From: Candidatus Omnitrophota bacterium
GTDB lineage: Bacteria; Omnitrophota; Gorgyraeia; 2-01-FULL-45-10
NCBI GenBank assembly: GCA_026387175.1
Contig: JAPLME010000008.1
Span: 77,091-141,090, forward strand
Reading direction: 5' to 3'
DNA length: 64,000 nucleotides
The notes beneath the pieces are model-generated. The model was given only the letters and a program-made list of their open reading frames with translations. It was not told the origin of the DNA and did no database searches. Shown in pieces: positions 1 through 11,151 of the stretch. Each line of letters begins with the position of its first letter. The stretch's first letter is position 1. The position numbers and the translations under genes were made by a program.

Positions 1-523
1 AAACCAGATGTGGGCGGCGCAGTTCTATAAGTTCACAAAGCCCAGGACGATGCTGTCATCGGGCGGGTTGGGGACGATGGGCTACGGTTTTCCAGCAGCT
101 ATAGGCGCGCAGTTGGGCGTGCCGGCAGCGCAGGTCTTCGATATCGCCGGAGATGGTTCGATACAGATGAATATACAGGAGCTCGCTACGGCGGTTGCGA
201 ATAAGCTGCCGGTGAAGATAGCTATATTGAATAATTGCTATCTCGGCATGGTGAGGCAGTGGCAGGAGCTATTCTATAAGCACAGATATTCATATACCTG
301 CCTTAACGGTACTGAGCCTGATTTTGTGAAGCTTGCCGAAGCCTACGGCGCGGTCGGCATGCTTATCACGAAGAAAGAAGATGTGCGGCCGGCTATAGAT
401 AAAGCGCTTAAGATAAATAATACGGTCATCATGGACTTCCGTATCGAACAGGAGGAGAATGTTTTCCCCATGGTGCCGGCGGGCGAAGCGATCAACAAGA
501 TGATAGGCGGAGGCCTGGCCTAA
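1..523 (+). CDS. ilvB: acetolactate synthase large subunit, C-terminal fragment (5' end lies outside the window)
   Basis: The frame is open from position 2. The translation carries ALS TPP-domain motifs ([27 protein letters not shown]). The small-subunit gene follows 3 nt later. Confidence 0.8.
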   Translation, partial: NQMWAAQFYKFTKPRTMLSSGGLGTMGYGFPAAIGAQLGVPAAQVFDIAGDGSIQMNIQELATAVANKLPVKIAILNNCYLGMVRQWQELFYKHRYSYTCLNGTEPDFVKLAEAYGAVGMLITKKEDVRPAIDKALKINNTVIMDFRIEQEENVFPMVPAGEAINKMIGGGLA

Positions 524-525
524 AG

Positions 526-1041
526 ATGAAACATACGATATCGATCCTTGTGGAGAATAAATTCGGAGTGCTCGCGCGTATATCCGGGCTCTTCAGCGCA
601 CGGGGTTTTAACATATCGAGCCTCGCGGTAGGCGAAACCGAGGACCCTACGGTGTCGCGCATGACGATAGTGGTCGAGGGCGATGACAAGACCCTGGAGC
701 AGATAAAGAAGCAGTCGAATAAGCTCATCGACGTTATAAAGGTCATCGATTACAAAGAAGGCGATTTTATCGACAGGGAACTTATTCTTGTGAAAGTCTC
801 GATAAGCCCGAAGACGAAGAAGGAGGTCATGGAGGCGATAGAGGCTGTGGGCGCCAAGATAGAGTCTACTTCTGATAAGTCTCTGTGCGTAGAAGCGACC
901 GGAGATCGGGCCAAGATAAAGACGCTGCTCGAGTTATTAAGGCCTTTCGGTATACTGGAGGTCGTCAGGACCGGAAGGATAGCGATGGATACGACGGGTA
1001 AGGGTTTAAAGGCTGACGGAAAGCCTGAAGTCAACGAATAG
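526..1041 (+). CDS. ilvN: acetolactate synthase small (regulatory) subunit, ACT domain
   Basis: 171 aa. The N-terminus is ACT-like (ISILVENKFGVLARISGLFSARGFNISSL). It sits between the ALS large subunit and ilvC. Confidence 0.8.
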   Translation: MKHTISILVENKFGVLARISGLFSARGFNISSLAVGETEDPTVSRMTIVVEGDDKTLEQIKKQSNKLIDVIKVIDYKEGDFIDRELILVKVSISPKTKKEVMEAIEAVGAKIESTSDKSLCVEATGDRAKIKTLLELLRPFGILEVVRTGRIAMDTTGKGLKADGKPEVNE

Positions 1042-1059
1042 AAAGGGGATAGTAAAGAA

Positions 1060-2058
1060 ATGGCAAAGATTTATTATGATAAGGACGCGGACCTGAACAT
1101 CTTGAAGGGCAAGAAGATAGCTGTAATAGGATATGGCATACAGGGCCGTGGTCAAAGTTTGAATTTAAGAGATTCCGGACTCGACGTTATAGTGAGTGAG
1201 ATCCCGAGCTCAAAGAATTATGAGATAGCAAAGAAAGACGGGTTTAATCCGGTGCCGGCGGATGAGGCTTCAAAACAGGCCGATATTGTTCAGATATTGA
1301 CAGAAGACCATGTCCAGGCAAAGGTTTACCATGATTTGATAGCGAAGAACATGACGAAGGGGAAGGCTCTTCTCTTCTCCCATGGTTTCAATATACGCTT
1401 TAAACAGATAAAGCCGAATAAGAAGATCGACGTATTCATGGTGGCCCCTAAGGGGCCTGGTGCTCTCTGCAGGAGGATGTACGAAGAGGGCAAAGGCGTT
1501 CCATGCCTTATAGCGATATACCAGGATGCGACGGGCAATGCCAAACAGATCGCGCTTGCTTATGCCAAGGGCATAGGCGGGACGAGAGCGGGCGTTATCG
1601 AGACGACGTTCCAGGAAGAGACCGAGACGGATCTCTTCGGCGAGCAGGCGGTACTCTGCGGCGGAGCGAGCGAGCTCATAATGGCGGGTTTCGACACGCT
1701 GGTCGAGGCCGGTTACCAGCCCGAGATAGCGTATTTCGAGGTCCTGCACGAGCTTAAGCTGATCACCGACCTGATCCAGGAATACGGGATAAGCGGAATG
1801 AGGCGCAGGGTTTCCAATACGGCGTGCTATGGCGATGTGTCGCGCGGCAAGCGCATTATCAACGAGAGAACGCGCAAAGAGATGAAGAAGATGCTGAAAG
1901 AAATAGTCTCCGGCAAGTTTGCCAGAGAGTGGATAAGAGAGAATGAAGAGGGCAGACCTAGCTTCAATAAGATGCTTAAAGAAGGAGATGCTCATCCGAT
2001 AGAGAAGGTCGGCGAAGACTTAAGAAAGATGATGCCTTGGATGGGTAGCGGAAAATAA
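1060..2058 (+). CDS. ilvC: ketol-acid reductoisomerase
   Basis: 332 aa. It carries the KARI Rossmann motif ([21 protein letters not shown]) and lies in ilv context. Confidence 0.9.
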   Translation: MAKIYYDKDADLNILKGKKIAVIGYGIQGRGQSLNLRDSGLDVIVSEIPSSKNYEIAKKDGFNPVPADEASKQADIVQILTEDHVQAKVYHDLIAKNMTKGKALLFSHGFNIRFKQIKPNKKIDVFMVAPKGPGALCRRMYEEGKGVPCLIAIYQDATGNAKQIALAYAKGIGGTRAGVIETTFQEETETDLFGEQAVLCGGASELIMAGFDTLVEAGYQPEIAYFEVLHELKLITDLIQEYGISGMRRRVSNTACYGDVSRGKRIINERTRKEMKKMLKEIVSGKFAREWIRENEEGRPSFNKMLKEGDAHPIEKVGEDLRKMMPWMGSGK

Positions 2059-3572
2059 TGAGTAATGAGAAGATAACGATATTCGATACGACGCTCAGGG
2101 ACGGAGAGCAGTGCCCGGGAGCCAGTCTCGACATTAAGGCGAAGCTCGAGGTAGCGAAACAACTCGCTACCCTCGGCGTCGACATAATCGAGGCGGGATT
2201 CCCTGTCTCCAGTCCCGGAGATTTCGAATCAGTGAAGATGGTGGCCAGGAATGTGAAGGGGCCGATCATTTGCGGACTGGCACGCTCTATGGAAAAGGAT
2301 ATCGATGCGGCGTACGGCTCCGTGAAATTCAGCTCCCGGCCCAGGATCCACGTTTTCCTGGCTACTTCAAAGATACATATGAAATATAAGCTGAAGAAGG
2401 CGGAGGACGAGATCCTGAGGCTTGCGGTGGCCAGCGTAAAGTACGCGAAGTCGAAAGTCTCCGATGTCGAGTTCTCCCCCGAAGATGCTTCCCGGACGGA
2501 GAGGCCGTTTCTCTATAAGGTAGTGGAGGCTGTCATAGATGCCGGCGCCAGCACGGTGAACATCCCTGACACGGTAGGATATACCACGCCTTTTGAGTTC
2601 GCGGACCTGATCCGCAGTATTAAAGAGAACGTGCCGAATATCGAAAAGTGCGTTATCAGCGTCCATTGTCATAACGACCTCGGACTCGCTGTTTCTAATT
2701 CCCTGGCGGCCGTTTTGAACGGCGCCCGCCAGGTGGAGTGCACGATAAACGGCCTGGGCGAGAGAGCGGGGAACGCGTCACTCGAAGAGATCGTTATGGC
2801 GATAAAGACGAGGAACGACATATTCAAAGGGTTCTATACGGATATCCATACGAAAGAGATATATAAGACCTCAAAACTTGTCTCGAAGCTTACCGGTATA
2901 CTGGTGCAGCCGAATAAGGCTGTCGTGGGCGCGAATGCTTTTGCCCACGAGTCCGGCATACATCAGGACGGAGTGCTGAAAGAACGCATCACCTATGAGA
3001 TCATGAAGCCTGAAGATGTCGGGTTCGAAGAGTCGAAGATCGTGCTCGGCAAACATTCGGGCCGGCATGCCTTTGACTCGCGACTGAAGAGGCTGGGCGT
3101 GGATCTGAAGAAGGACGAGCTCGATAAAGCGTTCGAGCGCTTCAAGGTGCTTGCCGATAAGAAGAAAGAGATATTTGACGAAGATCTGGAAGCGATCATC
3201 GATGAGGAAATATTGAAAGTGCCGGAAAAGATACATCTTCTGCATTTTCATATATCCTCCGGTGACCGCGTTAAGCCGACCGCAGAGATAACTATAAAAT
3301 ACAACGGCAAGATCATTGAAGCGGGCTCTACCGGAGATGGTCCTGTGGATGCCTGTTATAAAGCGATTGACAAGATAACCGGCATTCCCGGGAAGCTCAT
3401 GGATTATCAGATACGCTCCGTTACCAGGGGTAAGGATGCTCTTGGGGAGGTATCGGTAAAGGTTGAGTCGAAGGGAAAGATATTTTCAGGCAGAGGCGCT
3501 AGCACGGACATAATAGAAGCCAGTATAAAGGCATATGTCAATGCTATCAATAAACGCGCTATTGCCGGTTAA
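2058..3572 (+). CDS. leuA: 2-isopropylmalate synthase (LeuA/CimA family)
   Basis: 504 aa. It has the DRE-TIM metallolyase motifs LRDGEQ and HCHNDLG and a C-terminal LeuA-type regulatory domain. Citramalate synthase cannot be excluded by eye. Confidence 0.7.
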   Translation: MSNEKITIFDTTLRDGEQCPGASLDIKAKLEVAKQLATLGVDIIEAGFPVSSPGDFESVKMVARNVKGPIICGLARSMEKDIDAAYGSVKFSSRPRIHVFLATSKIHMKYKLKKAEDEILRLAVASVKYAKSKVSDVEFSPEDASRTERPFLYKVVEAVIDAGASTVNIPDTVGYTTPFEFADLIRSIKENVPNIEKCVISVHCHNDLGLAVSNSLAAVLNGARQVECTINGLGERAGNASLEEIVMAIKTRNDIFKGFYTDIHTKEIYKTSKLVSKLTGILVQPNKAVVGANAFAHESGIHQDGVLKERITYEIMKPEDVGFEESKIVLGKHSGRHAFDSRLKRLGVDLKKDELDKAFERFKVLADKKKEIFDEDLEAIIDEEILKVPEKIHLLHFHISSGDRVKPTAEITIKYNGKIIEAGSTGDGPVDACYKAIDKITGIPGKLMDYQIRSVTRGKDALGEVSVKVESKGKIFSGRGASTDIIEASIKAYVNAINKRAIAG

Positions 3573-3591
3573 CGCTTTTTAACCAGGTACT

Positions 3592-3659
3592 GAAAATTAC
3601 CTAAGGTAATTTTCGTAAAGGTCCGCTTCGGTCACAAAAATCGATCAAGCGGACTTTTT
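3592..3659 (+). terminator. tandem hairpins after leuA; the second is followed by a T-run
   Basis: A perfect 10-bp stem (gaaaattacc/ggtaattttc, 3592-3614). Then an 8-bp stem (gtccgctt/aagcggac, 3621-3654) followed by ttttt (3655-3659). Confidence 0.45.
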
Positions 3660-3667
3660 GGCTAATT

Positions 3668-4537
3668 ATGGAAAAAAAGATATACGGAATAGTGGGTTAC
3701 CCTGTGAAGCATTCGCTCTCTCCGGCGATGCAGAATGCCGCATTTCGCGAGCTTAAGATAGATGCCGAGTACCGTCTGTTTGAAGTTCCGGGCTCGGACC
3801 TCGAGCGGTTCCTTGATGACGTAAGAGGCGGGAACGATATCTCGGGACTTAACGTGACTATACCGCATAAGATAAAGGCCAAAGAATATCTTGAACGCAA
3901 CGGTTCTCTGGACGGGAACGCCGTAAGGCTCGGCGCGGTAAACACGATAAAGGTATGCGACGACGGGACTTTGCGCGGGTTCAATACGGACGGGCCCGGT
4001 TTTTACCGGTCGCTCGTCGAGGACCTTAAGTTCGAGCCCGAGGGCAGGAATATTTTCGTGCTCGGCTCAGGCGGCGCTGCCAAGGCCATCGTTATGTATC
4101 TGGGTAACGCTCCGAAGAGCATATCGGTATTCGACACGGACGCGAGGAAGGCCGCCGAGCTCGCCTCCCATTATGCAAAATACTTCGATCGTAAAAAACT
4201 GAGGATATTATCGGACGCTAAAGAGGTCGGAGGCGTTATCGCGAAGTGCGATCTTTTAGTGAACGCGACGCCTATAGGGATGAATGAGTCGGATCCCTCG
4301 CCCGTATCGAAAGAGTTACTGCGCCCGGGACTATATATATATGACCTAGTTTACAATAGGCCTCACACGCAGCTCGTGAAAGACGCCAATGCGGCGAAGG
4401 CTCACGCTTTAACGGGACTCGGTATGCTATTGTATCAAGGCGCGGCGGCCTTTGAGATATGGACCGGCGCTCAAGCGCCGGTGGCTGTTATGAGGCGCGA
4501 GTTAGGAAAAGCGCTTAAGGAACAGGGCAAAGCCTGA
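3668..4537 (+). CDS. aroE: shikimate dehydrogenase
   Basis: 289 aa. The N-terminus (YGIVGYPVKHSLSPAMQNAAF) and the NTDGPGF motif are AroE hallmarks. Confidence 0.85.
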   Translation: MEKKIYGIVGYPVKHSLSPAMQNAAFRELKIDAEYRLFEVPGSDLERFLDDVRGGNDISGLNVTIPHKIKAKEYLERNGSLDGNAVRLGAVNTIKVCDDGTLRGFNTDGPGFYRSLVEDLKFEPEGRNIFVLGSGGAAKAIVMYLGNAPKSISVFDTDARKAAELASHYAKYFDRKKLRILSDAKEVGGVIAKCDLLVNATPIGMNESDPSPVSKELLRPGLYIYDLVYNRPHTQLVKDANAAKAHALTGLGMLLYQGAAAFEIWTGAQAPVAVMRRELGKALKEQGKA

Positions 4538-4538
4538 T

Positions 4539-5351
4539 ATGGGGAATTATTTGGACAAAATATTTGTTTTTATGATCGGCGCTGGTATTGGCAGCTTCCT
4601 GAACGTTTGCATACACAGGATGCCCAAAGATAAGTCGATAGCATTCCCGCCGTCGCATTGCCCGAAATGCAATAAGGGCCTTTATTGGTATGACAATATC
4701 CCTCTCTTTAGCTATGTGATCCTTCTGGGGCGGTGCAGGTTCTGCCGGCAGAGGATATCGTTACGATATCCGGTAGTAGAGCTCGCTACGGCGCTCATCC
4801 TGACTGTGTTATTTGTCATATTCGGCATGACTTCAAAATTCTTCGCGTATTCGACTATGGCATGCGCCCTCATAGTGGCGACGTTCGTGGACTTCGAGAT
4901 CCAGGAGATACCCGACCAGGTTTCGTTAGGCGGCCTCGCGGCGGGCATAGCGCTCTCTTTTCTGTTTCCTTCGATCATGGACTCGGTAAGCAGGATGCAC
5001 GCTCTTGCGGGTTCGCTTGCCGGTGCCCTTACTGGAGGCGGCAGTATATTTATCCTGAAAATATTCGGCACCCTTGTGTTCAAAAATAAGATCAAAGAAC
5101 TCGGTATCGGGAGCGCGATGGGCGATGGGGATATCAAGCTGATGGCCATGATAGGGGCATTTTTAGGATGGAAGCTTGTCTTGTTGACATTTTTTATAGC
5201 GCCTTTTTTGGGTTCCGTGCCCGGGATTATTTCAAAGATCAGGAGCGGTTCCGAAACCATTCCCTATGGGCCGTTCCTTTCGATGGCGGCCATGATATCG
5301 GTTTTTTTCGGCAATAAAATTTTAAGTATGTTTTCATACGGTCTTTTTTAA
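4539..5351 (+). CDS. pilD: type IV prepilin leader peptidase (A24 family)
   Basis: 270 aa. It has the N-terminal tetracysteine (CPKC...CRFC), a polytopic membrane profile and the GDGDIKLMAMIGAFLGW motif. Confidence 0.8.
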   Translation: MGNYLDKIFVFMIGAGIGSFLNVCIHRMPKDKSIAFPPSHCPKCNKGLYWYDNIPLFSYVILLGRCRFCRQRISLRYPVVELATALILTVLFVIFGMTSKFFAYSTMACALIVATFVDFEIQEIPDQVSLGGLAAGIALSFLFPSIMDSVSRMHALAGSLAGALTGGGSIFILKIFGTLVFKNKIKELGIGSAMGDGDIKLMAMIGAFLGWKLVLLTFFIAPFLGSVPGIISKIRSGSETIPYGPFLSMAAMISVFFGNKILSMFSYGLF

Positions 5352-5373
5352 AAGAAAAAGAAAGAGAGGCTTT

Positions 5374-6498
5374 ATGCTCAGATATTTGACAAGCGGTGAA
5401 TCTCACGGGAAAGCTATGATGGCGATACTGGATGGCATGCCCTCGGGCCTTCGCATTGAGGAGTCGGCGATCAATAACGACCTCTCCCGCCGCATGCGCG
5501 GTTATGGCAGGGGAAGACGGATGAAGATAGAGGCCGATAAAGTGCAGATACTCTCGGGCCTGAGGAAGTCGGTCACGATCGGAAGCCCGATCGCGCTAAT
5601 TGTGAATAATGTCGACCACTCCATAGATAAGCTGCCGGCCGTTCTATGTCCGCGGCCGGGGCACGCTGATCTATCAGGCGCTCTTAAATACGATCTGAGG
5701 GATATGAGAAGCGTATTGGAGCGCGCCAGCGCCCGAGAGACCGTAGTAAGGGTCGCTGTCGGGGCCCTTGCGAAAACGCTCTTATCGGAATTCAAGATCG
5801 ATATCGCGAGCCATGTCACTGTTATAGGCGGCGTAGAAGCCGAGACAAAAGACCTGGGCTTTAATCATCTCGTCTCGATTTCGGAGAAGTCGCCTGTCCG
5901 TTGCGCCGATCCCGATGCATCAAAGCTGATGTGCGCCGAGATAGAGGACGCTATGGAAGAAGGCGATACGCTCGGGGGGGTGTTTGAGGTAATTGCAAGA
6001 GGAGTTCCTGTTGGGCTCGGCAGTTATACGCAGTGGGACAAACGCATAGGTTCGCGTATAGCTTCCGCCATTATGTCTATCCAGGCCGTCAAAGGCGTCG
6101 GTTTCGGCGCCGGCTTCGAGATGGCGCATCTCAGGGGTTCACTGATACATGACGAGATATTCTACGACAAAAGAAGGGGTTTCTTCAGGACGACTAATAA
6201 CGCCGGCGGCATAGAGGGCGGCATGACGACAGGCGAGGCTATCGTGGTTAGGGCCGTCATGAAACCGATAGCGACACTTTCGACGCCTCTTGAGAGCGTT
6301 AATATAAAGACTAAGAGTCCGGTGAAGGCGAGTGTCCAGCGGTCGGATGTATGTGCGGTTCCCGCGGCGGGCGTGGTCGGAGAAGCGATGGTCGCGATAG
6401 AGCTCGCTAACGCGATGATAGAGAAGTTCGGCGGCGACTCGCTGCGTGAGATGAAGAGGAATTACAACGGCTATCTCGAACAGGTCAAAAAGTTCTAA
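5374..6498 (+). CDS. aroC: chorismate synthase
   Basis: 374 aa. It carries chorismate synthase signatures (GESHGKA, RPGHAD, GRSSARETA-like SARETV). Confidence 0.9.
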   Translation: MLRYLTSGESHGKAMMAILDGMPSGLRIEESAINNDLSRRMRGYGRGRRMKIEADKVQILSGLRKSVTIGSPIALIVNNVDHSIDKLPAVLCPRPGHADLSGALKYDLRDMRSVLERASARETVVRVAVGALAKTLLSEFKIDIASHVTVIGGVEAETKDLGFNHLVSISEKSPVRCADPDASKLMCAEIEDAMEEGDTLGGVFEVIARGVPVGLGSYTQWDKRIGSRIASAIMSIQAVKGVGFGAGFEMAHLRGSLIHDEIFYDKRRGFFRTTNNAGGIEGGMTTGEAIVVRAVMKPIATLSTPLESVNIKTKSPVKASVQRSDVCAVPAAGVVGEAMVAIELANAMIEKFGGDSLREMKRNYNGYLEQVKKF

Positions 6499-6500
6499 CT

Positions 6501-7037
6501 ATGAATATAGTGCTGGTCGGGTTCATGGGAACGGGTAAGACGACGATCGCGATAGAGCTTTCGCACAGGCTCGGCATGAAGTACGTCTCGATCGACGATC
6601 TTATTGAAAAGAAGGAACGCCGCACCATAAACGAGATATTTACGAAGAGCGGAGAGGACTATTTCCGCGATGTCGAGAGCGCTGTCATAAGAGATGCCGT
6701 GTGCATGGACAACCTCGTGATCGATACCGGCGGCGGCGCCGTGATGCGGGACGAGAATGTGGCATATATGAAGTCGAACGGCGTTATCGTATGCCTTACG
6801 GCGGACGCGGATGTGATCATGGAGAGGACCAAGAAATACAAACACCGCCCGCTCCTTAACGTCGAAGACCCGAAGAGGAAGATACGGGATCTGCTTGCCA
6901 GGCGTTCGCCGTATTACGCGAAAGCCGATCATACGATAGATACCGGCAAATTTACAGTGAGACAGGTCATCGATAAGATAGCGGAGATAGCGGAGGCGAG
7001 ATTGAAACGGAGAGAGGGGCCAAAGGATGAATCCTAA
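6501..7037 (+). CDS. aroK: shikimate kinase
   Basis: 178 aa. It has the P-loop MNIVLVGFMGTGKTT and shikimate-kinase spacing. Confidence 0.8.
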   Translation: MNIVLVGFMGTGKTTIAIELSHRLGMKYVSIDDLIEKKERRTINEIFTKSGEDYFRDVESAVIRDAVCMDNLVIDTGGGAVMRDENVAYMKSNGVIVCLTADADVIMERTKKYKHRPLLNVEDPKRKIRDLLARRSPYYAKADHTIDTGKFTVRQVIDKIAEIAEARLKRREGPKDES

Positions 7038-7338
7038 AGCGAGATTATGGATAGGCGCGACGCTTCTTATCGTCATATTGATCAATTATGTCCTGATAGG
7101 CGTGCCACTTATGTCGAAATCGCATTCGATCCAGGGAAAAGCAAAGGCTATTCTTATCAAGCAGGCTAAGTCGACAGGGCTCTTTAATAACTCTGATGAC
7201 GAATATCTCCTCGATATCTTTCGCAAAGAGAAGTCGTCTATAGATACGAAGATAACTATACTGAATGCAGTCGCCGCGACGCTTGCTTTTTTCGCGGCAA
7301 GTTGGACAGTATTCGGGCTGATCTTTAAGAGGAAGTGA
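7027..7338 (+). CDS. small hypothetical membrane protein (two predicted TM helices)
   Basis: 103 aa with hydrophobic N- and C-terminal segments. It overlaps the aroK stop by 11 nt. No recognisable motif. Confidence 0.4.
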   Translation: MNPKARLWIGATLLIVILINYVLIGVPLMSKSHSIQGKAKAILIKQAKSTGLFNNSDDEYLLDIFRKEKSSIDTKITILNAVAATLAFFAASWTVFGLIFKRK

Positions 7339-7351
7339 GTAAGAGAAGGTT

Positions 7352-8263
7352 ATGGCAATAAGAAAAATAACGATAGACGATGCTGAGTATCCGAAGCTAT
7401 TGAGGAATATACACAAACCGCCGAAGCAGCTCTATGTAAACGGCAGCCTGCTGGAGACGGACGAGGTGGCGGTGGCTCTGGTGGGGTCGCGCAGGGCATC
7501 GTTATACGGCCTCGAGATGAGCGAGAAGCTTGGATATGAGCTTGCGTCGAGAGGTGTAACGGTTGTGAGCGGCATGGCGCGCGGCATAGATACCGCGGCG
7601 CACAGAGGTGCGTTGAAGGCTAAAGGCAGGACCATCGCTGTTATGGGAAGCGGCCACGGGCATATTTATCCGTCCCAAAACAAAAAGCTTTATGAAGAGA
7701 TTGTGAAACAAGGCGCTGTCCTTACCGAATTCGAAAATGATATGGAGCCGCTGGCATATAATTTTCCGCAGCGTAACCGTATCATAAGCGGCCTATCGCT
7801 CGGCGTCGTGGTTATCGAAGCGGCGAAGGACTCAGGTGCCCTGATAACGGCAAGCCTTGCGGCAGAACAGGGGCGCGAAGTCTTCGCGCTTCCCGGCAAG
7901 ATATCGTCCAGTACGAGTTCAGGCACTAACTCTCTGATAAAAGACGGGGCGCGGCTGGTTCAGTCGGTTGACGATATTCTGGAGGAATTACGGCTTCACG
8001 AGATAAAACCTCTTGAGCCCGGAGAAAAAGACGGCATAGGCGACAGGATAGAGAAGATGACAAAGGCGTATCTTTACAATTCACTTACCGGCAATGAACG
8101 AAAGGTATATAAGGCTATGTCGGACGAGCCGATGTATATAGACGATATTGTTGCTAGCTCAGGCATCGACCCGGCGAACGCGTCGAAGGCATTATTAAGT
8201 TTACAATTAAAGAAACTTATACTGGAAGTTCCAGGCAAGCAGTACGTTAGAAAGGAAAATTAA
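7352..8263 (+). CDS. dprA: DNA processing protein DprA (SMF family)
   Basis: 303 aa. It has the DprA Rossmann core (LVGSRRASLYG...GMARGIDTAAH). Confidence 0.8.
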   Translation: MAIRKITIDDAEYPKLLRNIHKPPKQLYVNGSLLETDEVAVALVGSRRASLYGLEMSEKLGYELASRGVTVVSGMARGIDTAAHRGALKAKGRTIAVMGSGHGHIYPSQNKKLYEEIVKQGAVLTEFENDMEPLAYNFPQRNRIISGLSLGVVVIEAAKDSGALITASLAAEQGREVFALPGKISSSTSSGTNSLIKDGARLVQSVDDILEELRLHEIKPLEPGEKDGIGDRIEKMTKAYLYNSLTGNERKVYKAMSDEPMYIDDIVASSGIDPANASKALLSLQLKKLILEVPGKQYVRKEN

Positions 8264-10278
8264 TGTCAAAATCATTAGTAATAGTCGAGTCTCCGGCAAA
8301 AGCCAAGACTATCAATAAGTTCCTCGGAGATAAGTATGTCGTAACAGCCAGTATGGGGCATATAATCGATCTGCCGAAATCGAAGCTTGGCGTGGATGTC
8401 GAGGACGACTTCAAGCCCGAATATATCGTGATGAAGGACAGGAAGAAGAACCTGACAGCGCTTAAAAAGGAAGCGAAGGGCAAAGCCGCGATATATCTGG
8501 CGGCCGATCCTGACAGGGAGGGCGAGGCCATAAGCTGGCATCTGCAGACCGCCCTCCAGGAGAAGGACAGGAAGTTCTACCGCGTCGAATTCGACGAGAT
8601 CACTAAAGAGGCTGTCACGAACGCCTTTAAGCATCCGAGAGATATCGATATGCATCTTGTCAACGCCCAGCAGGCCCGCCGTATCCTGGACAGGATAGTC
8701 GGCTATACCTTAAGTCCGCTCCTATGGAAGAAGGTGTCGAGAGGATTATCCGCGGGAAGGGTGCAGTCGGTCGCGGTCCGCCTGATAGTCGAAAGAGAGA
8801 ATGAGATAAATAAGTTCAATCCCAAAGAGTACTGGGATGTGCTGGCCGATCTCAAGCGTAAAGGAGACGAGCCTAAAGATAAATTCACCGCAAAACTGGA
8901 TAAATACAAAGATAAGAAGATAGACGTAGTGGCTAAAGACGAAGCCGACAGGATCACGGCCGAACTTAAACGTTCCGCATTTGTAGTCGGCGATATAAAA
9001 GAGTCCAGTAAGAGAAAGAGTCCTTATCCGCCATTTACCACATCGAAGCTTCAGCAGGAAGCCTTCAATAAACTGAGGTTCTCAGGTGCGCGGACAATGA
9101 GCATAGCCCAGGGCCTGTACGAAGGCGTCGACCTGAATGGGGAGGGGAGCGTCGGGCTCATTACATATATGAGAACCGATTCGGTGAAGATCTCAAAAGA
9201 CGCGCAAACCGACGCGAAGAAGTACATACTTGAAAAATTCGGCAAAAAATATTATCCGGAAACCCCCAATGTCTATAAGTCGAGGAAATCCGCTCAGGAG
9301 GCGCACGAATCCATAAGGCCGACGCTGCCTCTCAGGGAGCCTAATGCGGTAAAAGATTGCCTGACCCCGGATCAGTTGAAACTCTATACGCTTATCTGGA
9401 ACCGTTTCGTGGCCAGCCAGATGACTCCGGCGGTATATTCGCAGATTTCCGTGGAAATTAAAGCAGGGGACTATCTCTTCAGGGCCTCCTCGACCAGGAG
9501 CGTCTTCGACGGTTATACAGCTGTGTATGAAGTTGAAAAAGAGAAGGATGAATCCGATGAGGAGGCCAGGGCAAAGCTGCCCGATCTTTCAATTAACGAT
9601 CCGCTTGATCTATTGGAGCTCGTCCCAAGCCAGCACTTCACAAAACCGCCTCCAAGATATTCCGACGCATCGCTTATAAAGGTACTGGAAGAGCTTGGAA
9701 TAGGCCGTCCATCTACATATGCGCCGATCATACATACGATCACCACGCGTGATTACGTTACAAGGGAAGCCGGCTATTTCCGTCCGACGGAGCTGGGAGG
9801 CATCGTCACGAAACTTCTGATGGAACATTTCCCGAAGATCCTGGACGTAGAGTTCACCGCGAAGCTCGAGGATGAGCTTGACGGTATCGAGGAAGGCGAG
9901 ACCGACTGGGTGATGGTGCTTAAAGGTTTCTACTCACCATTCATTCATTCCGTGGAGCAGGCGAAGATCCAGATGAAAGATGTGAAAAGAGAAGTCATCG
10001 CTACGGACGAAATCTGCGCCCTGTGCGGCAAGCCGATGGTTATAAAGTGGGGCCGTAACGGCAAGTTCCTCAGCTGTTCGGATTACCCGACATGCAAGAA
10101 CGCCAAATCCATAACGACCGGCGTCAAATGCCCCACCGGCTGCGGCGGCGAGCTGGTCGCCCGCAAGTCGAGACGCGGCAGTTTCTTCGGCTGTTCCAGT
10201 TATCCGAAATGCAATTATATCAGTAAAAAGCTTCCTCAGGATACTGAGGAAAAGGCCGAAGACAAGGTGCTGGAATAG
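8263..10278 (+). CDS. topA: DNA topoisomerase I with C-terminal zinc ribbons
   Basis: 671 aa. It has a Toprim N-terminus (SLVIVESPAKAKTI), the active-site region and C-terminal C4 zinc ribbons (CALCGKPM...CSDYPTC; CPTGCGG...CSSYPKC). Confidence 0.85.
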   Translation: MSKSLVIVESPAKAKTINKFLGDKYVVTASMGHIIDLPKSKLGVDVEDDFKPEYIVMKDRKKNLTALKKEAKGKAAIYLAADPDREGEAISWHLQTALQEKDRKFYRVEFDEITKEAVTNAFKHPRDIDMHLVNAQQARRILDRIVGYTLSPLLWKKVSRGLSAGRVQSVAVRLIVERENEINKFNPKEYWDVLADLKRKGDEPKDKFTAKLDKYKDKKIDVVAKDEADRITAELKRSAFVVGDIKESSKRKSPYPPFTTSKLQQEAFNKLRFSGARTMSIAQGLYEGVDLNGEGSVGLITYMRTDSVKISKDAQTDAKKYILEKFGKKYYPETPNVYKSRKSAQEAHESIRPTLPLREPNAVKDCLTPDQLKLYTLIWNRFVASQMTPAVYSQISVEIKAGDYLFRASSTRSVFDGYTAVYEVEKEKDESDEEARAKLPDLSINDPLDLLELVPSQHFTKPPPRYSDASLIKVLEELGIGRPSTYAPIIHTITTRDYVTREAGYFRPTELGGIVTKLLMEHFPKILDVEFTAKLEDELDGIEEGETDWVMVLKGFYSPFIHSVEQAKIQMKDVKREVIATDEICALCGKPMVIKWGRNGKFLSCSDYPTCKNAKSITTGVKCPTGCGGELVARKSRRGSFFGCSSYPKCNYISKKLPQDTEEKAEDKVLE

Positions 10279-11151
10279 ATGCAGAGGTATATAGATAAGT
10301 TCATGAATTATCTGAAGGTCGAAAAGAATGCCTCGGAGCATACTATTATAAACTATACTATCGACCTGAATGTCTTTAAGGCCTTTCTCGGCGATAAAGA
10401 GATCGAAACGGTGGACCATCTGGCCTTGCGCCGTTATCTGGCGGAACTTCGAGCGAAGAATTATTCAAAGAGGACCGTCGCCAGAAAACTCGCTTCCTTG
10501 AGAAGCTTTTTCAGGTTTCTCTTCCGTGAAGGGCATATAAAAAAGAACCCTATAACCGCCGTCCTGACACCAAAGCTTGACAAGAAATTGCCGGTATTTC
10601 TGGACACAGCAAAGATAGATAGGCTTCTTTCTGCGCCTACGGATAAGGATCTTGCGGGCTTAAGAGACCGGGCGTTATTGGAGACATTATATTCGACCGG
10701 AATCCGCGTCAGCGAGCTGGTGGGTCTTGATCTCAGCGATATAGATTTTATAAGCGGAGTCATAAAGGTGCTCGGTAAGGGCCATAAGGAGCGGGTTGTA
10801 CCCATAGGGGAACCGGCATTGGCTGCTATAAGAAAGTATGTCGATAAGAAGGCCGATGAGAAGGTTAATGACAAGGATGCCGTATTCTTGAATAAATCCG
10901 GCGGCCGCCTCACGGATCGAAGCGTCAGGCGGGTATTGGATAAACATATTAAGACGTGCAGCATATCCGAAAAAATATCGCCGCATTCGCTCAGGCATTC
11001 CTTTGCGACCCATCTCTTAGATCGCGGCGCGGACCTGAGGAGCGTTCAGGAGCTTCTGGGCCACATGAACCTGTCGACGACGCAGATATATACGCATGTT
11101 ACGATGGAGCGGCTTAAGTCGGTATACGATAAAGCCCACCCACGGGCGTAG
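10279..11151 (+). CDS. tyrosine site-specific recombinase, XerC/XerD family
   Basis: 290 aa. It carries the R...HxxR...Y catalytic pattern (HSLRHSFATHLL...LGHMNLSTTQIYTHV). XerC versus XerD cannot be decided by eye. Confidence 0.75.
   Translation: MQRYIDKFMNYLKVEKNASEHTIINYTIDLNVFKAFLGDKEIETVDHLALRRYLAELRAKNYSKRTVARKLASLRSFFRFLFREGHIKKNPITAVLTPKLDKKLPVFLDTAKIDRLLSAPTDKDLAGLRDRALLETLYSTGIRVSELVGLDLSDIDFISGVIKVLGKGHKERVVPIGEPALAAIRKYVDKKADEKVNDKDAVFLNKSGGRLTDRSVRRVLDKHIKTCSISEKISPHSLRHSFATHLLDRGADLRSVQELLGHMNLSTTQIYTHVTMERLKSVYDKAHPRA

Noticed and set aside
1270-1995. 241-aa minus-strand ORF opposite ilvC. Others of the same kind are 6495-7085, 23168-23929, 27062-27724, 45202-45762, 52793-53440 and 63440-63994.
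   Set aside because: Each lies antisense to a + strand gene with clear family motifs and an SD. Their translations are low-complexity or Arg/Ser/Leu-rich with no motifs, as expected of shadow ORFs in GC-moderate DNA.
4733-5089. 118-aa + strand ORF inside pilD, and similar internal ORFs (e.g. 1503-1757, 33032-33289, 34553-34759).
   Set aside because: These are alternative-frame ORFs nested within well-supported genes. They are Arg/Gly/Pro-rich with no motifs.
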